Positions 1 to 10,298 of a stretch of DNA of 57,739 nt are shown one piece after another; position 1 is the stretch's first letter; each line of letters starts with the position of its first letter. This DNA comes from Guillardia theta CCMP2712 (lineage: Eukaryota; Protista; Cryptophyta). A program made the position numbers and the translations under genes. The notes beneath the pieces are model-generated. The model did no database searches, was not told the origin of the DNA, and saw only the letters and a list, made by a program, of their open reading frames with translations. Location of the stretch: assembly GCF_000315625.1 (NCBI RefSeq), contig NW_005434655.1, positions 109,807 to 167,545 on the forward strand, written 5' to 3'.

Positions 1-934
1 GCTCACTGGGCCGGCAGTACGTGGCGGGGATAGGAGCGAAGATGGCCGAGAGTATCGTGGCGCATCGGGAGCAGGAGGGCGCGTTTGCCTCCCGGGCTGA
101 CCTCCTGCAAGTGAAGGGGGTGGGGAAGAAAACCTTCGAACAGGCGGCCGGCTTCTTGCGGGTCTACCGGAGCTCCGAGATGCTCGACAGCACGTCGGTG
201 CATCCGGAGAGCTACCGAGCTGCCAAGGGAGTCATCAAGCACCTCGGGGTGGACCTGGCCGGGGCGACGAAGAGGAAGGGGAAGAAGGCGGAGGAGAAGG
301 AGAAGGAGGGAAGGGAGGAGGGGGAAGAGGTGAACATTCCTGAACTCGACGCCAAGTCGCTCAGTGAGCTGGCGGGCAAGTTCGAGGTCGGAGAGCAGAC
401 GCTGAAAGATATCCTGGAGTTTCTTCGGTTTCCAGGTCAGTCCACTTCCTCAGTAGCCTCAGGGCTGACGAGGAGGAGCAGGGCAGGACCCTCGTATCAA
501 GCTGCTGGGTATTCCTCCTCCCACATTCATCACAGCCTCAGGTGATCCCCAGCTCAAGTTGGGGAGCTGTAACTGGCTACAACAGGCAAGGGGTCGGAGA
601 AGAAGGCTGGTAGCAGGAAGATCAGTGACGTCAAGGTTGGTGAGGAGGTCGAGGTAAGATTTGTATCCCTCCTCCTGGTCCAACAGCGTCAACTAGCATG
701 CGCAGGGGATAGTGAGGAACGTGGTGGCGTTCGGAGCCTTCGTTGACATCGGGGTAGGGAGGGACGGGCTGCTCCATTCCTCCAAGGTTTCGAGAACCTC
801 TCACTGCATGCTCTGCATCTTTGTTGTGCTGGATGTTGACTTGGTCTCGTCTTTATCTCTCGTCGTGATCGTTTGCATCATCGTCTCTGTGATCATCTTC
901 ATCTCATGATCATCATCATCATCATCATCATCAT

Positions 935-1007
<73 letters not shown>

Positions 1008-1011
1008 TCCA

Positions 1012-1057
<46 letters not shown>

Positions 1058-1265
1058 CATCTTTATCTTATGTCTACAATCTTCACCATCATCATCGCCG
1101 TGATCTTGTTTTCGTCTTGTTGTCTATCCCGTCCAACTTCTGATCTCCCTTCAGTTTCCTCGGGGCATGGTCCTTCACGTCGGGCAAGTCATTCGTGTGG
1201 CCATCGACTCGATCGACGAGCATCATAAGAGCGGAAACCCGCGGCTGACTCTCAAACTCGTGTAG
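1..1265 (+). CDS. 3' part of a Tex/SRBD1-like S1 RNA-binding protein (5' truncated, multi-exon)
   Basis: HhH segment AGIGAKMAESIVAHREQEGAFASRADLLQVKGVGKKTFEQAAGFLRV and LDSTSVHPESY are Tex-typical. S1 domain GIVRNVVAFGAFVDIGVGRDGLLHSSK is spliced (intron 787-1154) to FPRGMVLHVGQVIRVAIDSIDEHHKSGNPRLTLKLV*, stop 1263-1265. Confidence 0.85.
909..1058. repeat. Intronic (ATC)n microsatellite followed by (GTGGTC)n
   Basis: Directly visible; lies inside the last intron of the Tex-like gene and explains the spurious poly-I/poly-V ORF. Confidence 0.95.
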
Positions 1266-1513
1266 CTCCAGCTCCTCCTCCTCCCCCTCCTCTACTGCTG
1301 CTACCCAAGGATCTCCGATCTCTTCTCTGCTTTGATCTCCTTTGCAGTGAAATTTTCTCGCTATCCTTTTCCCCTCAATACGTACATCCAATGCCATTAC
1401 ATCTCCCGCTCTTCATCTCTCCTCTCTCCTCCTTCCCCTCTCCCCCCTCCTCCCATTTCCCTCCTCCCTCCTAACCATGTTCTTGCCGAAATTTATTCAA
1501 GCATCAGCGCTAT

Positions 1514-1828
1514 CTACTGGCAGTAGCCGGAGCATTCCACCGTGACTCCCTTGTAAGCTGGGGTAGGGAGGTAACTATCAGGGTAGGCAGGAGCGAGAGT
1601 GTAGTCCACGAAGCCCGAGGAGACCTGCACAGCACAGAGAGCATGAGCAACGTCACACCGCCCTGAGGACCTCACCTGCTCCCACGAGTCGAGCTGTTGA
1701 GTGGTCCTGCTGGTCTCGAACAACTGAGAGAAGAGCGCGAACTGCAAGCAACAGTCAGCCGCACAGGAGGAGCGTCAGTCATGTTCACAGAGCATCACTG
1801 TCAAGTTCACATCTTGCAACTCTACCAT
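1514..1828 (-). CDS. Small (~60 aa) three-exon protein of unknown function
   Basis: ATG (1828-1826) followed immediately by GT intron 1825-1742 (CTGAC...GCAG), then FALFSQLFETSRTTQQLDSWEQ, a second short GT-AG intron, then VSSGFVDYTLAPAYPDSYLPTPAYKGVTVECSGYCQ*. Confidence 0.6.
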
Positions 1829-3147
1829 CGCATTCGACTTGTGGGAATTCGTTCCAAGCAAATATGCCTAAGCCTTGATACAAACATAAACGGGACTTGC
1901 TCAGTACCCACTACAGCTTCTGCCGTGAGACATTTCACAGAGGCGACCCGTAACTCCTCGGCATACAAAGACTCTACCCCTTTATGGATGAAACCTTCCT
2001 CTTGAATAGAAACCATGGAATATCACTTCAAGAATCATATTCCCATCCTGCATACTATTGGCCATTGGTTGACCGCGAACAGATCTCTCCAGGGCACACA
2101 CGAGAGCAACAATATTTGATAGCTGTTTGACTTCTATACAAGATCTGGATTCTGGCTCTATATTCTGTCAAACCTTCCAACCATCCCACCAGCTTCCCAT
2201 AGAAATCTATCATCCCCTTCTCATGCTCTTAATCGCACATTCCAACACATACTCCCTTTCCTCATCTGTCTTTAAATCCTCTTCTCATCTCTATCTTTCT
2301 CCTCCTCCTCCTCGTCGTCGTCGTCCTTCTCCTCCTCCTCCTCCTCCTCCTCCTCTTCTGCCTCGTTCAATGTTCCTCCACAATGGCTTACCATTACGAG
2401 CAGCGTTCTATTTCCGTGCCACCCCCTACCCCCTCTATATCTTGGAACTGACACCGGTGTATGGGGAAGGTATGACTTACTACCCCCTCTTTTTCTACAT
2501 ATCACCCCTACCCCCTCAACGAAGAGTCCAAATCTTGACTGAACTTCCTCGTACACCAGTGCATTTCATGGTTCACTTGCCGTTGGAAGGTCGGTTACGT
2601 TGGTTACTGCTTGTAACGATTGACTCAGTGTCAGACTCGGACCGGGACCGGAGTCCGGCCCGGGTTACCGTACGGACTTCCGGACCTGCTCTTCCGAGCT
2701 CTACTCAAATCAGTCACACGCAAGACTCGGGGTGCCGCGGCGATGATTGGAACGTAGGGGACTTTGAACTTCCGCAACCACAGAGGAAGATCGGATCCGA
2801 GGGCACTGATCGTAATGCCATATGCCGCAGTGCTCAGCGGCGGCGAGTGACTCAAGTTTGAAAGCCAACGTCAAAGCCTGGGGGCCCCCGCCGGACGCCC
2901 TCCCGAGTCCCCGGGACCCGCCGGCTGCGAGGCTGACGGACCCGAGCCGATCCGATCATGAAACGGCCGCAACAAACCTTTCAGGCTCCGAGGCTCGGCG
3001 CTCAGTAAAGTAGAGTCTCGGTTTGAGCTCAGTTCCGAAGTTCATGCGAAATTTCGATCATGCCATTCCAAGAACGTACTCCTCACTGACTTATCATAAG
3101 TTTTATTTGATCATTCAGTGATAAGAGTTTCAAGCCTTTCACACACT

Positions 3148-6100
3148 CTACGGTTCTGTCTGGACAATCCCACGCTTTTTCCTCCACTCCTCCTCAAAAA
3201 ACGACGCGGGGTCCTTGTGCCTCCTCGTCGCCAACTTCTCCAGTATATCCATCATACCAGCAGCCGGAAAGCTTTGCTCGACTGGTGTCCCAAACCCAGG
3301 AGTGAAGACCGGTATCCCCAGCTGCATGCACTGCATATAGGCAGCCTCCTTCTCTAGAGCCACGACCACAACAAGGTTCGACTTCTTGTTCTGCAGAGAC
3401 TTGGCGCAAACGACAATCTGGTCCATCTTGTTGTTATCGAGGCCTTGCATCGCACGAGCATCGTCCCTGGACTCGAGCATGAACATGGGGTTGTGGATCT
3501 GGCAGGCGATGTAACGCTCAATCTTGTTCATGCCTTTCGAGAGCTTCGACGTCCCCGTGATCTTGTCGAAAACAGGTTTGGGGACGTAGATCTTGACCTT
3601 GCAGCCCATCGCTCTATCGCAAAGCTCTTCGAACTTTCCCCCAATCTCGTCAAGCATCTTGTAAGTCACTAACATGACCACTGACCGGACTCGCATCCTG
3701 AGACTGCGCTCACTTGCTAGAGCCTCCTCCTCCTCCACAATTCTGCTCTTCGATCTCACTATCCTGAAGTCGTACCAGTTGTCTGTCTCTGAAAGGATGG
3801 CATAGCAGTAGAAATTCTTCTCCTCGTTGATCTGCATCGGCTGCGACATGCCCGAGCCCCACACGACGGCGTTGAGAGGCTGAGGAAACAACCGCTCCGA
3901 GATCACGGCCAGGCACAGTAAGTCTCCCGGCCAATCCTCCCTCTCCGCATTGTTGAGGTAGGACTTCCAGTCCCTCTTCCAGTCTGTGCCGGGGGGGATG
4001 ACGTGGCTGTATCGCTCGGCGAAAGTCGCTCGGTCTTGAGCTGTCTCGTTGCATCGCTTCAGCTGCAAGCAGAAGGCGATTCTCAGCTGCGCCATCATCT
4101 CCTTCAGGTTCTGCTCCGCATCCCACCTGTTGAGTGCGATGGCCTTAAACAGGCACATCCTCTCGTTGGCTCCTGGCTTGACTTCCTCCGTGCTCGGCCA
4201 GATCTTGAGCCTCATCTTGTCAAGCGTGTGAAGCAGCGACTCCACCTGACTCGGGTCGATGTTGAGAGGAAGGCTGACCTCGCTTGTTTTCCACTCGTCT
4301 CGCTTCATGTGTCTCATGTTGTGAGGCTTCAAGCTCGGTCCCAGCAGCAGATCCCCGTGCTCGCGCTGCAAGCTGTCAAGCTCCCTGTGCAGCCTCTTCC
4401 TCGTGATCGACTCTGCCACCTCCTTGTTCACCACCTCGACGTAGAGGTCAGTGCTCTGCTGAGGGATGCATTTCTTGATCCGAGACAAGATGGCTGCCAC
4501 GTCATCAACACCGCTTTTGCCCTCGAAGGGTCGGGTCTTCTCTGACTCCTCCAGCACGTAGTCGGCGAAGTCGTAACAAGCGATGACAAGGGAAAACTTC
4601 GGATTGAGGCTCTTGTTGATCGTCGTCAACCGGTTGGCAAAGATCTTGTACGCGAACTCTGCTTTCCTCCAGAGCAAGCTCTTGCAGGCGTCAACAAAAT
4701 CAGTGCACAGCGTCGAAGCCCCTTCTTGAAGCTTTCTCTTGTAGGCGTCAATTTTCAATCGGTTAGCGTCTTTCTCATGGCGCTTGAGATAAGCCTTGAT
4801 TGCCTGAAGCTGAGCTTCTCTCAAGATTCTGGTCTCGAAGTTGCTCTGGCTGAGATGAAGGGCAGACTTTCCTGTAAGGAAGAAGCTATCCTTTGCCGTT
4901 TCAAACTGATTCTCTTGAAGCCTCGTGTTGATGTACTTGTTTAGCAGAAGCTCATAGTTCGTCGACTTCTTGTTTCCGGGAAGAAATCTCCTAGCATGAA
5001 CTCCTTCATGATCTCAACAGCCTTTGACATTAACTCCGATAGGAACTGCCTTAGCACATCCTCAAGCTCATCATACTTCAACTTGTCAGCCCACCAACGC
5101 GACACCGCGACATAGAAGGAGCATTCGTCACCCCTGCCCACCCACTTGCTCGACATCCATGCCTTGTTTTCTTTGGTGATTTGAGTTTCTTGAATCAAGC
5201 CTTGTAACCACTCAACGAAGGCTTGCTGCACCGTCTCGTTCCCATCGAGCTCAACAAACTTCTTCACGCACTTTTCAAGTTTCTCGTGACACAAATCAAG
5301 ATAAGTATCCAGCGCGTCATAGGGAGCCTCCATCTTCGCTTTCACTCTGGTCTCCGTTTTCCTGTTGATCTTGAACATGCTCCTAAACTCCTCAGCTGCC
5401 TCAATCATGGACTCGGTGGCTTTCAGCGGTTTCATCTGCTCCCGAGTCAGCTCTCCTTCCTGCGTGATCCGCTCGATGAATGTTTCAATGTCTCGATAGA
5501 ACTCGGGGGCAACGTTCGAAAGAACCTGAGCAGGCAATCTCCGAAACACTCCCAACATTGTGTAGCAGTCGATGGTCGAGAGGATACGAGGGAGATCTTG
5601 AGCATGCTCCTCCCGCCATGCCTTGTCAAACTCAATGGCAGTGTACAAGGACGGATAGATGACCGAATAGATGATGGAGGCATTGATCTCTTTCGCCCGG
5701 CTGATGGCCTCGTTATGATCCATTCCTTCCTCCATACAGCACTCAAACAATGTCTCGTACATGTACTTGGAGCTTTTCTTAATCATATCATCATGCATCT
5801 GTTGAATGTTTTGCCCATTCCCCTTGATGATGTTGTAGTAATGGTCAATCATATCGCTGCTGTTTTCAATGCACAAGAAAACAACCATTTGGTGACTTTG
5901 TCCGTGCTTGATCATGTTTCTAATGAAGTCGGTGCTCTTGAGAAACTCGATGCTACTACAGCTCGAGTCCAGCGACCTCTTCTCCAGTATCACGATCACG
6001 TCATGCTGCTCCACCCGCGGCAGCTCTTGTAGCTGCCACCATGAAGGGGTTCACCTCATTGGTTCCTGCAGTGGGTCATCAACGTCAGAGAGCGAAACCA

Positions 6101-7212
6101 ACATCTAGTCAATCACCTGGGCAATCTGTGATCTGATCTACCTGCTGTAGAATCGTACTCGGCACACCAATCTTCTCCGACTTTACGCCTGTCTTGAAGA
6201 TTTCTTGTTCAAGAAGCTTGTCTAGCTTGTCTCGGATGAACTGTCGGTCGTTGTGGAGATCCTTTCCATTTCCTTTGAAGCGGTAGCGATTTCCAGCAAC
6301 CTTCTCAAGCCCGGGCTTGATCCGGATATCGTCGGTGCTCGTGACGTTATCGGGAATCTTTTCATCGACGGTCTTGAACTCGTCTGCCACTACAGCATCG
6401 TAGCGAGACCGCATCTCTCGAAATTTCTTCTTGTACGAGTTTCCTCCTCGCTGACATGAGATCCACGGGCCTGCATCTTCCAGAAGCTCTTCCTTGCTGA
6501 GATACTCCACCTCCATGTAGTAACGCCTCGAGTACACCAGATTGATTGCACATGGTGTTAGACTGGAGCCCAAGTTCTTGCTTGGAAGCAAGTGCGACGG
6601 CAGCTGATTGCCAAAAGTTTCCTGATTCTTTTCCTGCTTCCTGAAAAGCGGAGTACATCGGGTGTACTTTTCAATGACGAGGTCTATATCGTTTAAGGGG
6701 CTCGACGTGTTGCTGTAAGTCTTCACCCGTCTTTCATTCTTGTCATCATCCTCAGCCGTTTCTTTCTTTGCGCCCGAGCTTTCCTCGTTTCCCTGCTGAT
6801 ATTCCGCAGACAGGCAGGAGGTCAACATAAGCCACATGTTGATCAAGTAGCTCTTTCCATTCCCATTCGCTCCGAACAAGCATACCTTCTTCTTCCTCAT
6901 GACCTGCTCTACCTCTTGGCATCTGTTGCGAAGTTGTGCAAACTCCTGCATGCGTTTCTGCGGAACCAGCGTGGTGACATCATGTAGAAGGTTTCTAAGG
7001 TCCTCGATTCTTTCGCCGTATGGGGTGTCCTCTTCGAGCTCCTCTTCGCTCTCAGTGTCTTCGCTCTCATCTGCAGAAGCTGCTAACTTGCCCTCCGGCG
7101 AGACGGGTGCTGCCGGGTCATCCGTTCTTCGCCTCTTGCTCTGCTGGACTGGAGAAGAGCCCAGCATGTCGTCGTTTTCCATGTCGTCATCAGAGGTTGC
7201 CCTTTTCTGCAT
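3148..7212 (-). pseudogene. Dynamin-superfamily (SLIP-GC/NUGGC-like) GTPase fused to OTU-like and BRCT-like regions; two apparent frameshifts
   Basis: G1 CLFGANGNGKSYLIN, G2-like SSLTPCAI, G3 ITDCPG|TNEVNP across one intron (~6116-6066). Frame breaks near 6015 and near 4980. Distal ORF has MCLFKAIA...WKSYL...WPGDLLCLAVIS...NWYD (OTU-like) and AAYMQCMQLGIPVFTPGF (BRCT-like). Confidence 0.65.
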
Positions 7213-7551
7213 CGGCGCTTCCTCTGTGCTCGGAACCCTGCAGAAATTTCGACTCCCCAACCTCAGTTCTCAGCACTTGATTTAATATTTTAGTTGTTCT
7301 TTGAAATGTCATAGTCATCATTCGCGATTGTTCGGTGGCAGCGACAAAATTTGGAAGGGGAAGGTTTGAAACGGTAGTAACGCATACAGAATCTGCCAGG
7401 CTGCACTCAGTGGTCACCGGGTATGGTAGGGTGGGTGGTAACTTTCAGTTGCTGGCTTCGAACAGACCGCGCGGCGAGCAGTACTACTAGTAAAGTTTTA
7501 GTTAACCAAACATGCTCATAGTACTGTGACTGATTCTACCGTCTCCTGATT

Positions 7552-7587
7552 GTCCTCGTACTGATTTTTAACTTAACTTTGAGTAAA
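7552..7587 (+). repeat. 36-bp dispersed repeat, copy 1 (GTCCTCGTACTGATTTTTAACTTAACTTTGAGTAAA)
   Basis: Identical to 9505-9540; similar to 19174-19201. Confidence 0.95.
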
Positions 7588-8300
7588 CTTTGAAGGGTTC
7601 GAACTAAACTGAACGAACCTAAAACCGTTTACTGAACCGCCGGCCCGGGGTGACTGCCGGCCGGCGGCCGCGCGGCTGATCTGACGGGCGGCATCATACA
7701 ACTGACGTGCAGCCTCTTTACTCAAAGTGCAGCCGCTATGATCCGACCGCCGTGACAGCAACTTGCTTTAGGGGCCCAGTCTCAATTCTCTTGCCGGTTT
7801 CACTCAATTGAACATTCGGCGGTCAGTGGAACTTCAGCTTCAAAACTGGCCCGGGAACCAAAGATCGATAGTTGAAGGAGGAGTTTCAGAGTCCGGGGGA
7901 ATCGGCGGGCAGACTATCATCGGAGTCCGTGGGCATGAGAAAGGCTCATGATCGGATGATGTGCTGCAGTGCTGGAAGGTTCTCAGAAGCTTTTTGTGTG
8001 TTTCTTGCCTTCCATCCGTTTCTCCTCCCTGTTTCCTTGCGTTTATTGTGATGTCCCCTTCATCAGCTGGCCCTGCCAAGGGTCACCGGGTCGCAGAGGC
8101 ACGTAATCTTTAACATCAGCTCGGCCAAACTCTAAGTAACCGTGAACGTTTGTGATACCAGATGGCAATTAGGCTACGGGACCATTCGGTCCAACTGTCA
8201 GACTGCCAGTGAGGGCTACTCTGACTCAAAGGATGGACTCTAACTTGACCTATCAGCATTGTTCCATCTGTCCCGTGCCTTGCAAACTCGGTGGTCAGAG

Positions 8301-9177
8301 TCAAGTGATAGGCTTGGCTTTGATGCTTGTGCTCCACTGCACAACAGTCTCGTCTTCCTCCTGCTCATTCAAACTTGTCTCCTTCGAGATCGGCTGTCTC
8401 ATGTACCATTCCAGCCACTCGGAATCGAGCTCGGGACGTGACAGGATCGACGTCCTTGCACCTGTGGAGTTGTCTTGATCCTCCGAAGCAGCCACTGCGG
8501 TCACCTGAGTCTGAAGGTTCGCGTGTCCTGAGCATGCAGAGGGAGAGCTGCTCGTGGATGAACTGATCGATAACAATGCCTGGCTTGTTTGGATCCTTGT
8601 GTGACATGACGGCGGAGAGGCAAGTGTGTACGCTGCTGATGGTTGACAAGTTGTGGGCTCAGGAGCCGACTGCTGTTCTGAAGTTGGGTGGACTTGAAAG
8701 CTGCTACCATCATCAACCCTCATACCCTCCTCATGAACCTCGGTTAAACTGGTGGAGGGCAGTTGTTGTCCACTCTCGATTCGAGGACGGACGCGGTGGT
8801 AGGGCCATTTCTCCACTCCCAAGGCCTTGCAGGCGTTCTTCATGGCGGTCAAAGAGATTCCCTGCAAGACGGCATCAGATGCCAGGAGCTGCCGATAGAA
8901 ACAGCAGCGTGACGCACCAGAGTCTCTGCGGCGTCTGCCTGACGTAAATGAAAGAGATTCTGAATGATGGAGAGATCGAGGCAGATTGTGCTTGCCAAGG
9001 GCCGGGAGCCATCCGATGGACGATGGCGGGTGTGTACAAGGTAGAAGGATTGAGTTGGTGGCGACGGGGGGCTGAATGGAGGAGCGAGTCAGACAACAAC
9101 AAACGAAGAGGCCTTGCTTGCAAGGTCGAAAGGTACCGAGATCGATGCTGCTCAAGGTCGTTGGGGGGTGTAGCCAT
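8301..9177 (-). CDS. RWP-RK domain transcription factor (3 exons)
   Basis: Spliced reading MATPPNDLEQHRSR|PPSPPTQSFYLVHTRHRPSDG...LDLSIIQNLFHLRQADAAETL|GISLTAMKNACKALGVEKWPY matches the RWP-RK consensus; both introns are GT-AG and phase-consistent. Confidence 0.85.
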
Positions 9178-9504
9178 GGGTCAAGTAGCTCGTCACTACT
9201 GAGTTTCTTGGAGCTAGAGTCTGACACCTTGAGCTCAGGCAGTCAGATCAGCTTCCAAGAAGCGGCAAGGAGACGGCGAGATGGCATTCTCGTGATGGAG
9301 ATAGAAAGGTCCCCTCCAAGGGATCTAAGTGAGGAGGGGTGGAATGGGACGAGTTTTAGGGAGTCTCAGCAAGGAGGGGTCCTTCATCCGCTCAACACGA
9401 CCCTACTCGTTAAACCCTTTGCCTAGGACCGGGTTCAAAGGGTCTATAATTATAAGTACTAGGGCCAATAGGGCAACGGATTTACTCAAAGTCAGCAGTG
9501 TGAG

Positions 9505-9540
9505 GTCCTCGTACTGATTTTTAACTTAACTTTGAGTAAA
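9505..9540 (+). repeat. 36-bp dispersed repeat, copy 2; with 9481-9492 it forms a perfect 12-bp inverted repeat
   Basis: Identical to 7552-7587; TTTACTCAAAGT (9481-9492) is the reverse complement of ACTTTGAGTAAA (9529-9540). Confidence 0.95.
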
Positions 9541-10298
9541 GACTAAACAGTCGGAGGTCGTCCGGTGATCATCGTCGGCTTCAAGCTCCGAAGAGACCAC
9601 ACTCCGAGGCTCAGTGACTCAGTTACTTGGCCCGGGGCCCGACTCGGACTCGGATGGGCCTGGCGCCCGGTCGCGGCGCTCGGAGACTCGGAGACTCCGC
9701 TCGGATAGATCCCAGTCCGACGGTCGTTATAGACCGTTACAATTTGTTTGACTAACAGTGAAAGGGCAGGGCAAGATGGAGCCGGAAGTGCGGGAGTCGC
9801 ACTGGGGTGGGGGGCGAGACTGTGTGACAACTTGAGCGGGAGGAGAGGAGAAAGAACCAGTGACCGTATCGGACAGTGAGAAGACTCAGAGGAAGGGAGA
9901 AGAGGGAGCCTGGAGGTAGAGGGGGGAGGCGGATACTGAGAGTCGGGGTCGAGGGAGCCCGGCCAGGAGGCAAGCCGGAGGAAGGGAGGCGAGGGCTGAG
10001 GAAGGTGAAGGATTCTTTTTTTTTGTAGCGAACGGAGAAAGACGGTAACAACGATGATGTGAACAGGGAGAAAGTCTTTACTAGTTACATTGGATGTTTC
10101 AGAGACTTGTATAGGAGAGGGGAGCCGGCCCGGCGGGGAGAAGAACAAGAGGAGCTTGAAGGGGGAATAAGAAGAGGAGAGGAGAGAAGGAACTCGGAAG
10201 CAGAGGGTTAAGAAGAGAACAAGCAGCCGGGACAAGCAGGACAAGGACATCAGCAACACTGCTTGCCAGTGAATTAGCACCTGTGCATGACTGCTTGA

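Noticed and set aside
873-1103. Poly-Ile/poly-Val ORF resembling a membrane protein
   Set aside because: Translation of an intronic microsatellite within the Tex-like gene.
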